Positions 8,554 to 18,343 of a stretch of DNA of 20,000 nt are shown one piece after another. Below the pieces are notes generated by a model that saw nothing but the letters and a program-made list of their open reading frames with translations, was not told the DNA's origin and did not search any database. Where the stretch lies: IMG/VR virus record IMGVR_UViG_3300010885_086743; one strand, given 5' to 3'. The number at the start of each line of letters is the position of its first letter. The stretch's first letter is position 1. The position numbers were made by a program, and so were the translations under genes. The DNA is from an uncultured virus (IMG/VR IMGVR_UViG_3300010885_086743). Its lineage: Duplodnaviria > Heunggongvirae > Uroviricota > Caudoviricetes.

Positions 8554-10081
8554 CCATACCTCGCAAATTCATAAATAAATTGTATTTTCCAAAATTAAAC
8601 AAAAAATTACTTAATGGATATTCATGCAATGGAGACATATTTAGCCAAATCAAACATGTTAAAATTTTTATCTTTTTTAAGTCAAAATTATTATCGACAA
8701 TCCATTTGTGATATTGTTTTTGACATTGCTTGTTCATAAATGGAACTAATATATCTAATTTTATTTGATCTTTGCCAACGTAATCTATGTTGAACAGTTG
8801 AGAATCTAAAACTCTATGATTCAAAGTTAAACTATGATTCAATTTTGCTAAATCATAATAAATATCTCCGCATTCAACAGTACCTTGAAAGTCTTGTCTC
8901 CAATCTATAAGTTTGAATTTATTACCATCAAAGAGAATATTATCTAGAATAAAATCACCATGAAACCTAACTGGAATACCGTTTGCTAAATATTCAAAAT
9001 CAATTTCTTTCAGTAAATCCGATACTTTTGGAATTTTCAAATCATTGATATAAATACTGTCATCAGGAAAATGTACGCAAAATTTATTAATTCTTTCAAT
9101 TGTTTTATGATAGTAAAAATCTAAACACAAAGAATTAAAATTTTCAAATTCAACATTTTTCCATAAGTCATCTTTGCTCCATGATAAAAGTTTTTCAAAA
9201 TTTTCTGTACTTATAACTGAAGCGTATAAATTGGATTCTACTATTTTATATTTGTAAAAATTTTCTGTATGAGCGACAATTTTTGGAACAATATCTTCCA
9301 TGTCTTTTGCTCTTTGAACTCTATTTTTTACAATTATTGGATTACTAAAAAATTTAATTACAAAATCATCAAAAAAATAAATTGATTCTTCAGGCTTATC
9401 TAAAACATGATATTTTGAATGAAAGTGTTTACGTGTGCTGTGAAGTTCTCCATTGTTTCCAATATCAAACCATTCATTAACTTCTACCACGTCAAACTTT
9501 GATTCAGAAGACATGATATTTAAGACATCAACTTCAGTCAAGTCTGCAAAATTTTTATTTAGGTAGTTTCCTAAAAGATTAAAAAATTTCTTATAATCTT
9601 TAACACCACATATACCACAATAAGCAAGATCATATTCTATCTCACCCTTGTCATATATTCTGCTGCTTGAATTTCTCAAGGTGCGATATTGTGAAACATT
9701 GTCTTTTTTACTGCCAATGATAAAATTATTATTGTAAATCTTTAAATCTTTGATAATTGAATCACAAGCATGATAAATAAAAGGTCCATTGATTTTATCC
9801 TTGCATTTATATATGGAATACCCTAAAGAACTACCCTCGCCTTCATATACATCAACTTCAACAAAGGTAATTTTTTTATCAGGGTACGCTAAAGATAAAA
9901 ATTGTTTTACATGATCTCCGTAATGACCTAGTGTGATAACAAAATTAGTATCATTTGGATAAGATTCTATAATATGAGAAATAGCAGGTTTATCATCAAC
10001 TCTCACCAAGCATTTATTCGTATGCTTGGTGAGATCTCCTAATCTTGATCCAATACCACTAGTTGTTATTACGACGTTCAT
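8546..10081 (-). CDS. Fusion: sugar-phosphate nucleotidyltransferase + APH/choline-kinase-like phosphotransferase
   Basis: N-terminal 'ITTSGIGSRL...TKHTNKCLV' NTP-transferase signature and 'WFDIG'; C-terminal kinase motifs 'FHGDFILDNI', 'LIDW' and 'GDIYYDLAKL'. Confidence 0.85.
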   Translation of the reverse strand: MNVVITTSGIGSRLGDLTKHTNKCLVRVDDKPAISHIIESYPNDTNFVITLGHYGDHVKQFLSLAYPDKKITFVEVDVYEGEGSSLGYSIYKCKDKINGPFIYHACDSIIKDLKIYNNNFIIGSKKDNVSQYRTLRNSSSRIYDKGEIEYDLAYCGICGVKDYKKFFNLLGNYLNKNFADLTEVDVLNIMSSESKFDVVEVNEWFDIGNNGELHSTRKHFHSKYHVLDKPEESIYFFDDFVIKFFSNPIIVKNRVQRAKDMEDIVPKIVAHTENFYKYKIVESNLYASVISTENFEKLLSWSKDDLWKNVEFENFNSLCLDFYYHKTIERINKFCVHFPDDSIYINDLKIPKVSDLLKEIDFEYLANGIPVRFHGDFILDNILFDGNKFKLIDWRQDFQGTVECGDIYYDLAKLNHSLTLNHRVLDSQLFNIDYVGKDQIKLDILVPFMNKQCQKQYHKWIVDNNFDLKKIKILTCLIWLNMSPLHEYPLSNFLFNFGKYNLFMNLRGMDD

Positions 10082-10811
10082 TTGCTAGTCTCAATTCTTC
10101 ATTGAACCAATCTTGCTCTTTTTTATAAATTTCATCATAATTATTGACAGGATTGCATTGTTCAATAATTGTATTTTTATCTCCCAATACAGCATACGAT
10201 CTTTTAACAAGTAATGAAACACCCACATTGTAATCACCACTACCAAATGGAAAATCTACAACATCAAATGTTCCATCAAAAAATTTAGTCCTAAGATCAA
10301 TATTAAATTCTCTAGAACCATCAATTTTTGCAGTGTCATGAAAAGCAATTATGCCTGTTTCACTTAAATTTTTATATACAGCATTGAAATCATTTAGCAC
10401 ACCATCATAAGAATGACAACCATCAATAAAAGCAAAATCAATTTTTGGATGTTTAGTTTTGATTAGCTTATGAAATTCTGGAGTTTTAGTATTGATTGTA
10501 GTAAACTCAAAATTAGTAAATCCAGCAGAAGTCAAATATTGTGCACTTTTTTCTTTTGTAGAAGAAGCAGGAAATTGATTATTTACACCATGTATATCCC
10601 AAAGATCGTATCCATAAACTATGCCACCATTGATTTGAGCAGCTTGACATAATAATTTAGTAGTCCGAGCAGTAGACACTCCAATCTCTAGAATAGTTTT
10701 ACATTTGTTTAAAATAATCAACCCTTGAAATAAAGTTCCATGTTCAAAAGAAAACTTTTCTTGCCAGTCGTTTCCTTGTCTAACTTTCATGTAATTATTC
10801 ATATCTATCAT
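10059..10811 (-). CDS. Class I SAM-dependent methyltransferase (Methyltransf_24-like)
   Basis: 'ILEIGV', 'VYGYDLW', 'DFAFIDGCHSYDGV..D', 'GIIAFHD'. Confidence 0.85.
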   Translation of the reverse strand: MIDMNNYMKVRQGNDWQEKFSFEHGTLFQGLIILNKCKTILEIGVSTARTTKLLCQAAQINGGIVYGYDLWDIHGVNNQFPASSTKEKSAQYLTSAGFTNFEFTTINTKTPEFHKLIKTKHPKIDFAFIDGCHSYDGVLNDFNAVYKNLSETGIIAFHDTAKIDGSREFNIDLRTKFFDGTFDVVDFPFGSGDYNVGVSLLVKRSYAVLGDKNTIIEQCNPVNNYDEIYKKEQDWFNEELRLANERRNNN

Positions 10812-10817
10812 AATGCT

Positions 10818-11162
10818 TTATAACCTTTTGTAATCATCTTCATGTCGAACAATGTCATCTTCGCCAAAATAAGTGCCAAGTTGAACTTCAATAAATATTA
10901 AGTCAATATCACTTACACATCTAACTTGATGTTTTTGTTGAAAATCAACATTTACAATATCGCCTTTAGTGTAAGTGGTATCAACTCCATCTAAAGTTAT
11001 TTTAGCTTCACCTTGAATTATCGTATATCGTTCACATCGAAATTGATGGGATTGATAACTGGGAGCTTGTCCAGGTTTAATTGTAATAATTTTTACTTTG
11101 CAGTCATCTCGTTCTAAAAGATTTTTAAAAAATCCCCAAGGCCTTGTTTCACTATAGTTCAT
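10818..11162 (-). CDS. Stand-alone cupin, type II phosphomannose isomerase C-terminal domain-like
   Basis: 'RPWG', 'SYQSH..R.E', 'H', 'IEVQLGTYFGEDDIVR.EDDY'. Confidence 0.88.
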   Translation of the reverse strand: MNYSETRPWGFFKNLLERDDCKVKIITIKPGQAPSYQSHQFRCERYTIIQGEAKITLDGVDTTYTKGDIVNVDFQQKHQVRCVSDIDLIFIEVQLGTYFGEDDIVRHEDDYKRL

Positions 11163-11177
11163 AATTAAATTATACCT
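11163..11177 (-). promoter_or_regulatory. Putative -10 element giving a leaderless transcript
   Basis: Minus strand AGG-TATAAT-TTAATT-ATG; hexamer at 11174-11169, 6 nt before the ATG. Confidence 0.45.
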
Positions 11178-11188
11178 AAAAATAAGTT

Positions 11189-11962
11189 CTAAATATTGTA
11201 GCCTTTTTGATATAGCAAATCGAATTGTTGTAGTTCAATAGGTAAATCTGACTGAGCAAATTCAGGATACAAAAATTCTAAATCACTTTTTAAAATATCA
11301 TATTTGCCAACATTGCTATAGAAAGTATATCCTTGACCACAATAATGGATGAAGTTAGATTGATACCTTAAAAGATTTGGATCAGGCACACCCATATCAC
11401 CACGATTCCAATACCAATCAAGATTCTTGAATGGCATATTGAATTTGGCAATCATCGCATTTAAGCATGTTTGATCAGTCATAGGTAGATGACCAGTGAT
11501 GCTATCTATTTCTCTGAACTTTCCTAATTGATCTTGATGATGTTTGGAAAAAAGCAAAATTCCTGAATTGAAATATCTAAGTTTTCTATTCCATTCCTTT
11601 GGCCAAATTATAAATTGATTATCAAAACAATTTATAATTTCTCTAACCAATGGATCTCTGTTATTTTGTCCTGTGAAACCGCTTTCATGAAATCCATAAA
11701 ATGGTACAGGATCAGTGTAAACTTCAAAAATATTTGGAGCTTGAGGAGTAATTAACACATCACCATCAATATATAAAACTCTGTCATAATCATTCAATAA
11801 ATCAACTGCAATAAACTTTTCAAAGCCTAAGTCTCTCCATCCAATTTTGTTTTCAGTGATGACATGCAAATCTAAATTGTATTTTTCACAATATCTTTCA
11901 TGAATAGGCAATGAGTGTCTAGGACAATCTCCAATAAAAGTGGTTATTACTAAATTTTTCAT
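11189..11962 (-). CDS. Glycosyltransferase, GT8-like (GT-A fold)
   Basis: 'FEK', DxD motif 'VLYIDGDVLI', 'YFNSGILLF', 'DQTCLN', 'WN', 'FIHY'. Confidence 0.8.
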   Translation of the reverse strand: MKNLVITTFIGDCPRHSLPIHERYCEKYNLDLHVITENKIGWRDLGFEKFIAVDLLNDYDRVLYIDGDVLITPQAPNIFEVYTDPVPFYGFHESGFTGQNNRDPLVREIINCFDNQFIIWPKEWNRKLRYFNSGILLFSKHHQDQLGKFREIDSITGHLPMTDQTCLNAMIAKFNMPFKNLDWYWNRGDMGVPDPNLLRYQSNFIHYCGQGYTFYSNVGKYDILKSDLEFLYPEFAQSDLPIELQQFDLLYQKGYNI

Positions 11963-12687
11963 AGTTTATCTTTATGAACAAAAATGTAGTCGGTTGTGTA
12001 TGTATTTACTTGGACATAACCTAAACTACTCAGGTGTTGACGGACTAAACTTGGAGTATGACCATAGCGATTGAGCCAAGGTTCACAAAGTTCAACAACA
12101 ATAACAGGTTTATATTTATTAATAGTCTCATTACTTCCATAAAGAGCATTTAATTCTGAACCTTCTATATCTAATTGAATCATGTCGCAATGTGGCAAAT
12201 TCATATCATCAATTCTAATTAAGGGAACATATCCTGAATAATTTTTAGAAACATTTCCACCCAATGATCCAGAGTCTAAATCTATTTCTATTGTTCCAGA
12301 TTCTTTTCCAACAAAATTTCCACCAATATCATTAGGATCAAGGTTTAGGAAAATGCTTGTTCTTTTTTCTCCTAAACAAGCTTGCAATTTTATGACATTT
12401 TTATATGGTAAATTATTTACTAAACAATGAAAACTTTTTGGGTCTGGTTCAAAAGTATATACACTTTGAAAATATAAAGCAAACTTTTCAACTTGCAAGC
12501 CACAATTTCCACCAGCCTGTATCATGATTCTATTGCCATTTAGATAAGGCTTTACTAATTCTAATAATTCTGTTTCTTGACTTAAGACATTATAAGTAGT
12601 GAAATCTTTATCGTCAGTTCTCCAAAATACTTCTTTGTCATTCTCGTCTTTTATCAAACATATCAAATCAATAAATTTATTTTGCAT
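11959..12687 (-). CDS. FkbM-family methyltransferase
   Basis: 'IQAGGNCG', 'VYTFEPD', 'RIDD', 'DMIQLDIEGSELNALYG...I..YKPVIVVE'. Confidence 0.88.
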   Translation of the reverse strand: MQNKFIDLICLIKDENDKEVFWRTDDKDFTTYNVLSQETELLELVKPYLNGNRIMIQAGGNCGLQVEKFALYFQSVYTFEPDPKSFHCLVNNLPYKNVIKLQACLGEKRTSIFLNLDPNDIGGNFVGKESGTIEIDLDSGSLGGNVSKNYSGYVPLIRIDDMNLPHCDMIQLDIEGSELNALYGSNETINKYKPVIVVELCEPWLNRYGHTPSLVRQHLSSLGYVQVNTYTTDYIFVHKDKL

Positions 12688-13576
12688 TTTTTATACCTTC
12701 AATCGTTTTAAGTAAACCGTTAGATAAACTATGAATTTCTTTCCAATCAGTAGTTTTTACAAGTTTTGAATTATCGCCACAAAAATATTTTTGAAATCCT
12801 AATCTATCTCTGCTTGCATCAAAAGAAATTTCACCAGCAAAATTACATAAACTGGCAATATTTTCAACTATATTTTTTATTTTGTATGTTTTGCCCGAGG
12901 ATATAATGATTTTTCCAAGTACATTTTTGTCAATTATTTCATTTATACCAAAAACAAAATCTTTAACATACAAGTAATCAACAAGGGAATCACAGCTATC
13001 TAAAGTGAAATTTTCATTCTTCAAGCACAAACTAATAACTTTAGGAATTAATCTTGTTTTGATATCATTTTGACCATAAACATAAACAGGATATACCCAG
13101 TTAAAATCAATTTTGTTAGTTTCACAAATATGTTTTGCTAAATCATAAAAATATTTTTTGCTAGAACCATACAAACTATAAGGATTTTTGATTGCATCTT
13201 CATTAACTGGAAAATTGTGAAAACCAAATTCTGCAGCAGAGCCTATTCCAATAAATTTTGTAATATTGCTCTTTTTGATGATTTCTAATAATCTTAATCC
13301 AGCTACAATATTTTCAAATTGAATTATAGAATTTGTGTCATTGAAATTGTTGCCACCAATCCAAGCACAATGTATGAGCAAATCAGGTTTGAAATCTAAT
13401 ATTGTATTTTCAAAATCATCAATATTTGCAAGATCATATTTTACAAACTGAACATTTTCGTTGATATTTATATTTTCACATTTTCTGGAAAATGCTAATA
13501 TCTTGTGATTTTTAGATAAACTGTTGCAAATGTTAGACCCAAGAAATCCTCCAGCGCCAGTGATGATTATGTTCAT
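12677..13576 (-). CDS. NAD-dependent epimerase/dehydratase/reductase (extended SDR)
   Basis: 'ITGAGGFLG' Rossmann motif, 'IHCAW', 'GSAAEFG', YxxxK 'YGSSK', 'DYLYVKD'; similar in style to 3,6-dideoxyhexose 4-reductases. Confidence 0.88.
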   Translation of the reverse strand: MNIIITGAGGFLGSNICNSLSKNHKILAFSRKCENININENVQFVKYDLANIDDFENTILDFKPDLLIHCAWIGGNNFNDTNSIIQFENIVAGLRLLEIIKKSNITKFIGIGSAAEFGFHNFPVNEDAIKNPYSLYGSSKKYFYDLAKHICETNKIDFNWVYPVYVYGQNDIKTRLIPKVISLCLKNENFTLDSCDSLVDYLYVKDFVFGINEIIDKNVLGKIIISSGKTYKIKNIVENIASLCNFAGEISFDASRDRLGFQKYFCGDNSKLVKTTDWKEIHSLSNGLLKTIEGIKNAK

Positions 13577-13956
13577 AAATTCTTTAGTGCTTCAATAGAT
13601 GATAAAAATTCTTTTTCATCAAAGCATATAGCTTTATCATCAATGTAAAAATCAGCTACAACTTTTGGGCTTGGACCTGACAATTTTTTGGTGCCTTTAA
13701 TATTTTCATTAATGGAATCAAATTCCAATCCTTGTTTTTTGCACCAATTTGTTGCTTGAGATAAACAAGGATATTCAGCATTGTCTCCTCTGCAAGTCCA
13801 TAAAATTAATTTATGACCTTTAGATCTCATTTGAATCAATAATTCTAATAGTTCTTTATGATGTTGTTTTTGCTCACCAATTTCAGGAAAAGCATATTCA
13901 CATAAAGTGCCATCAAAATCCACAGCAATTACATAGCTATCTTTCTTTTTCATCAT
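13573..13956 (-). CDS. Small HAD-superfamily hydrolase
   Basis: 'IAVDFDGTL', 'ILWTCR', 'FDSINEN', 'KVVADFYIDDK'. Confidence 0.85.
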   Translation of the reverse strand: MMKKKDSYVIAVDFDGTLCEYAFPEIGEQKQHHKELLELLIQMRSKGHKLILWTCRGDNAEYPCLSQATNWCKKQGLEFDSINENIKGTKKLSGPSPKVVADFYIDDKAICFDEKEFLSSIEALKNL

Positions 13957-15109
13957 ATTTCCTATTGTTTAATTCAACTAAATTCTTTGATACTAAGTAA
14001 GCTGATTCGATAAGTTTATGATTTTCGTAAAAATCTTTTTCAACAATAAACTTTTCAATTAAGTCTCTAGCATATGTACCAATAGAAACACCATTTATTC
14101 TTACACCTGATAAATTGGCTAATTCTTTGGAATGTGAATTAGTTCCACCAGAAATTAATAAAGGAATGACATCATTACTGGTCAAAGATTTGTAGATTTT
14201 TTTAGAAGATATTTTTTCTTTTCCAAGTTCATCTATCTCTCTTTTTTTATTGAGCTTCATATTGAATTTCTTATTAACAACATCGGCACAAGCTACAGCT
14301 TGTAAAGTTGTATTGAAATCATCTTCTCCACCACTCATAGGATAACCATCAGCTTGAATCATAATTTTATCTTTTGCTATTTGTTTAGCTTGAGATACTC
14401 TATGTTCTAATTTTAGATTTCCCAGATTTAATCTATCTAAACACATTGAATTATAATTATTGCTATTGATATCACAAATTAATTGCCACTCTTTCAATGT
14501 GATGTCATCTTCACCTACAGCAGCATGTAATTCGAACAATTCTGCACCAGCTTCTAAACATTTTGGCAATAATATGTTTAATTCTCTGAAGCTATGTCTA
14601 TACGAAATAATGTCATCTTTGGGACAAATATTGCTGCATTTACCACACCCTATACACAAGTCCTTAATTACAATTTCTTTTGAACTATCAGGATGATCAA
14701 ATGAACCATTCAAAGTTTTGAAAATATCTAATTCTTTGACAAAATTTTTGGGTATAGCATCTGTAGGACATACTGGTATGCACAAAGTACATCCTATGCA
14801 CTTATTAGGATCTATATAAGATTTTCTAACGTGATGGTCTCCTGGCATCCCTATACTAACCATAATATATGGTCTGACATCAATTGTTGTTTTTAAATTT
14901 GCGCAATATGAATAAGCTAAATCTATACCTTCCATTGCTGCTTGAACAACTTTGACATTAGCAGAAACGTCCAAAATTTTAGCGCCAGCAAGGGTATATA
15001 CAAAGGCAAGTTTCTTTACTTGAACTGTATCCTCATTACCGGCACCACAGATCATCTTGAAACAATTTTCATCTTCAAGTAAATTTTTTAACGTTTCATA
15101 TCTGTTCAT
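13937..15109 (-). CDS. ldpA: LdpA-family 2x[4Fe-4S] protein
   Basis: 'FKMICGA', 'VYTLAGA..LDV.A', 'MVS....DHHVRK', two CxxCxxCxxxCP motifs (CIGCTLCIPVCP; CIGCGKCSNICP), 'ELH', 'QADGYPMSG', 'SGGTN' and 'G..IGTYAR' match in order the conserved blocks I recall for cyanobacterial LdpA. Confidence 0.8.
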   Translation of the reverse strand: MNRYETLKNLLEDENCFKMICGAGNEDTVQVKKLAFVYTLAGAKILDVSANVKVVQAAMEGIDLAYSYCANLKTTIDVRPYIMVSIGMPGDHHVRKSYIDPNKCIGCTLCIPVCPTDAIPKNFVKELDIFKTLNGSFDHPDSSKEIVIKDLCIGCGKCSNICPKDDIISYRHSFRELNILLPKCLEAGAELFELHAAVGEDDITLKEWQLICDINSNNYNSMCLDRLNLGNLKLEHRVSQAKQIAKDKIMIQADGYPMSGGEDDFNTTLQAVACADVVNKKFNMKLNKKREIDELGKEKISSKKIYKSLTSNDVIPLLISGGTNSHSKELANLSGVRINGVSIGTYARDLIEKFIVEKDFYENHKLIESAYLVSKNLVELNNRKYDEKER

Positions 15110-15852
15110 TATTTTCTCGAACTTAATAATTTGATTCTTCTCAAATAATCTTCGCTAAGATCTGAGCTAACTTGTAATTTATTTTTTAAAAGAAGAATTT
15201 CAAAATCTATTGATTCTTGTATAGCTAAATTGATCTCATCAACATTCTTGTCATTTAGTTCAATGACAACATTTCTTGTTTCAACCCTATTTATCAAATC
15301 TAACTCATACATTTCTTTTATGAATTCTGAACTTTTGATGCTTACATTTCCACCCAAAGTTGTAAGTAAATTGTATTTTTTAGCTTTTGTAAAAACATCT
15401 TTGACAATAGAGTAAATGAAATCACTATCTGTTTCGATTTTATTTAGGTCGTAAGATTTAGTTAAGTCTGATCTTCCTACAATTACACCAGTTAATTTTT
15501 CATGAGCTGTTTCTAAAATTTCATCAATATTCATGTATGATGTTTTTGATTCAACAACGATGTAATATTCAGACCTTTCATCATAGCAATCCATAAATTT
15601 AGAAACTGCAAAAGATGACTCAACCATTGGAGCAATAATTCCATTAACTCCTAATTTTAAGCAATTATATATGTCCGTGTTAGCTTCGCAGCCCCCAACT
15701 TTCACAAATGACATCAAATTGCATAATTCTGTTATTCTTCTAACAGAAATAACATCTTCTAATAAAGCGCCTTCATCTTCAAAAGATTGTTTAATTCCTA
15801 TTACGCCATGTTTTTCTGATATGTATTTAAGTTTTAACAATAATTCATTCAT
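15109..15852 (-). CDS. HpcH/HpaI aldolase / citrate lyase family protein
   Basis: 'KQSFEDEGA', 'VKVGGCEA', 'GIIAPMVES', 'VES', 'VGRSDL..S'. Confidence 0.75.
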   Translation of the reverse strand: MNELLLKLKYISEKHGVIGIKQSFEDEGALLEDVISVRRITELCNLMSFVKVGGCEANTDIYNCLKLGVNGIIAPMVESSFAVSKFMDCYDERSEYYIVVESKTSYMNIDEILETAHEKLTGVIVGRSDLTKSYDLNKIETDSDFIYSIVKDVFTKAKKYNLLTTLGGNVSIKSSEFIKEMYELDLINRVETRNVVIELNDKNVDEINLAIQESIDFEILLLKNKLQVSSDLSEDYLRRIKLLSSRK

Positions 15853-16532
15853 AAATCAACTCTCTTGATGCCATCTGTGATAAAATTTGTATCCATTCCC
15901 CATATAAGTAATTCAGGCTTGTTATCTAAAGAAATCGTTTTCATGTTTTCAAAAGTGGGCAAAAATAATCCCAATTTACTCAACGGAATTTTATCGTAAA
16001 TTATTTCCATATAATTTTTAAATGTTTTATTTTCGAAATTTCCTGGAAATGTCAATGAACTAGATAAATCATATGGTCCTATAATATAATAATCAAATGG
16101 CACTTGTAATAGCGAACTTAAATTTTCTACAGAATTTGCAGTTTCTATTTGAGCAATAATTAGTGGCTTCTTAGAAGCTAATGGTAATTTTCCCCACTTA
16201 TTTTCTCTGACTAAACCACATCCTCTAACTCCATTATTTACTGGATAATTACAATAAGAAATGATTCTATATCCTATTGATTCATCTTCAATTGTAGAAA
16301 AAATCAACCCATCTACACTAGCATCTAAACACATTCTTATAAGTTGTTTGTTAAAATCAGTCAATCTAACAAAGCATTTTTTATCCAAATTTGTAATAAC
16401 TTGAATGCAGCTATACAAAGATTCATTATTGAAACATCCATGTTCAGTATCAAGAACTACACCATCAAATTTGGAATCTGCTAATATTTCTGATATGATA
16501 GTTGAAGGTATGGTTTGCAAAGTCAAGTTCAT
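15849..16532 (-). CDS. HpcH/HpaI class II pyruvate aldolase
   Basis: 'FDGVVLDTEHG', 'VRL', 'YP...GVRG', 'AQIET', 'IGPYDLSSSL'. Confidence 0.88.
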   Translation of the reverse strand: MNLTLQTIPSTIISEILADSKFDGVVLDTEHGCFNNESLYSCIQVITNLDKKCFVRLTDFNKQLIRMCLDASVDGLIFSTIEDESIGYRIISYCNYPVNNGVRGCGLVRENKWGKLPLASKKPLIIAQIETANSVENLSSLLQVPFDYYIIGPYDLSSSLTFPGNFENKTFKNYMEIIYDKIPLSKLGLFLPTFENMKTISLDNKPELLIWGMDTNFITDGIKRVDL

Positions 16533-18322
16533 AGTCTAATCTCGTAAGATAATTTTTTCACTTCAACCATAGATTTTTCCAATACCTCAATAGGCAATAA
16601 CGGAGACATTTCTTCTAATGGAGGAGCAAGTAAACCACCATTAGTCATTATACCTTTTACTTTTGGTACCAAATCTTGTTCAGGGTTCATAAAACACTCA
16701 AGAACGGCAGGACCAGAAAAACTTAAGAACTCATCAAAATTGTTCTTTTTAGTATTGAAATATTCAAAACCAAATGCTGTTGAAACTTTTTCAAAGTTTG
16801 GCAAAGACATTCCAGTTTCAGAATCAACACCTGTATATCTACCTTCAAATAACATTTTTTGAGTATGCTTGATAAATAAATATCCAGAATTGTTGAATAT
16901 TACAATTTTTAAAGGAATTTTATATCCTATGACAGTTTGAAATTCCTGAATATTCATCATAGAACTTCCATCGCCATCAAAAAGAATTATTGGTCTAGAA
17001 ATATCAGATAAAGCAGCACCTATGGCAGATGGCAAACCATTACCCATTTCGCCTAAACCGTTTGAAGCAAAAATTGTTTGATTACTACTGTGAATTAATG
17101 CTTGATGACAACATGGCAAAGGAGAACCTTGACCTATTACAATTATATGATTGTCTTCAAGTTTTTTAGAAATTTCATTAATTAGTACATATGAATTGTC
17201 GAAGTTTTTATTGTCTTCCAAATGACATTCTTCAACTAAAGGAAAATCTTCTCTATAACGATTACATTTGATTACCCAATTTTCTTTATATGAATCAAAT
17301 ATTTTTTCATTCATTCGATCAATGAAATATTTACAATCACAATAAATTTTCATATCATATCTTGAATATTTATTGAGTTCTAATTCATCATTATTAACCA
17401 TGATTATTTTAGCATTAGGAGCAAAATTATCAATGTTATATCCTGTCTGAGGTAATGCCAATCTGCTTCCTATGACAATTAATAAATCACAATTCTGAAT
17501 TATAAAATTAGCTGCTCTTTGTCCATAAATGCCAGGACATCCATAATTAAAATCATCATCTGAAGAAACTATATCAATTGCAGACCATGAATGAACTACA
17601 GGTATTTTAAGATTATTCATCAATTCATGGAAAGATTCAATTGATTTCGAAAGTCTTATCCCATGTCCAGCTAAAATTACAGGTCTTTCAGAAGACTCAA
17701 TCATTTTACTAATTTGATCAAAATTAATTTCTTGAGAGTAATTTGCTGTTTCAGTATTTACAAAAGAGCTTAAACTTTCAATATCAATATTTGATGATTG
17801 TATATCCATGGGAATATCAATCCAAGTAGGGCCTGGACGATCACTCATAGCAACATGCAAAGATTCGTCTAGTGTGTATGATATTTTATTTGGATCTGTT
17901 AATAATGTTGCTTGTTTTGTAATTTTTTTAACAGAATTTATGATATCAAAACCTTGCGTACCATACATTCTTAAATCAGAATGTTCTATCAAATATTTAG
18001 TTGATTCTTGGCCTGATAAAACAATACAAGGAATCGAATCAGCCCAATTACAAACAACTCCTGTAATTGCATTAGCAGATCCAGCTCCAGCAGTAACAAT
18101 TGCAACAGAGATTTTTCCAGAAGCTCTGTAATATGCACCAGCTGCCATAACAGCAGATTGTTCATGATGCATAAAAATAACCTTGGTAAATCCTTTTCGT
18201 AAAATAGAATCAAATATATATGAATTTGCAGACCCGATTATTCCAAAAACAATAGAAATTTGATGTTTTTCAAGCCAATCTGCAATGAAATCTGATACTA
18301 AATAATTTTTACTAGTTGACAT
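16529..18322 (-). CDS. ThDP-dependent acetolactate-synthase-like enzyme (YerE-like carboligase)
   Basis: Catalytic Glu 'HHEQSA', 'TAGAGSANA', 'RPGPTWIDIPMDIQ', 'RPVILAGHG', ThDP motif 'GDGS...NNSGY'; lies directly downstream of rfbH. Confidence 0.88.
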   Translation of the reverse strand: MSTSKNYLVSDFIADWLEKHQISIVFGIIGSANSYIFDSILRKGFTKVIFMHHEQSAVMAAGAYYRASGKISVAIVTAGAGSANAITGVVCNWADSIPCIVLSGQESTKYLIEHSDLRMYGTQGFDIINSVKKITKQATLLTDPNKISYTLDESLHVAMSDRPGPTWIDIPMDIQSSNIDIESLSSFVNTETANYSQEINFDQISKMIESSERPVILAGHGIRLSKSIESFHELMNNLKIPVVHSWSAIDIVSSDDDFNYGCPGIYGQRAANFIIQNCDLLIVIGSRLALPQTGYNIDNFAPNAKIIMVNNDELELNKYSRYDMKIYCDCKYFIDRMNEKIFDSYKENWVIKCNRYREDFPLVEECHLEDNKNFDNSYVLINEISKKLEDNHIIVIGQGSPLPCCHQALIHSSNQTIFASNGLGEMGNGLPSAIGAALSDISRPIILFDGDGSSMMNIQEFQTVIGYKIPLKIVIFNNSGYLFIKHTQKMLFEGRYTGVDSETGMSLPNFEKVSTAFGFEYFNTKKNNFDEFLSFSGPAVLECFMNPEQDLVPKVKGIMTNGGLLAPPLEEMSPLLPIEVLEKSMVEVKKLSYEIRL

Positions 18323-18343
18323 TTTTAATATCTTTTTTGGAAT

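Noticed and set aside
16529..18322. Housekeeping acetolactate synthase (ilvB)
   Set aside because: No regulatory subunit or other ilv genes; adjacency to rfbH favours a YerE-like role.
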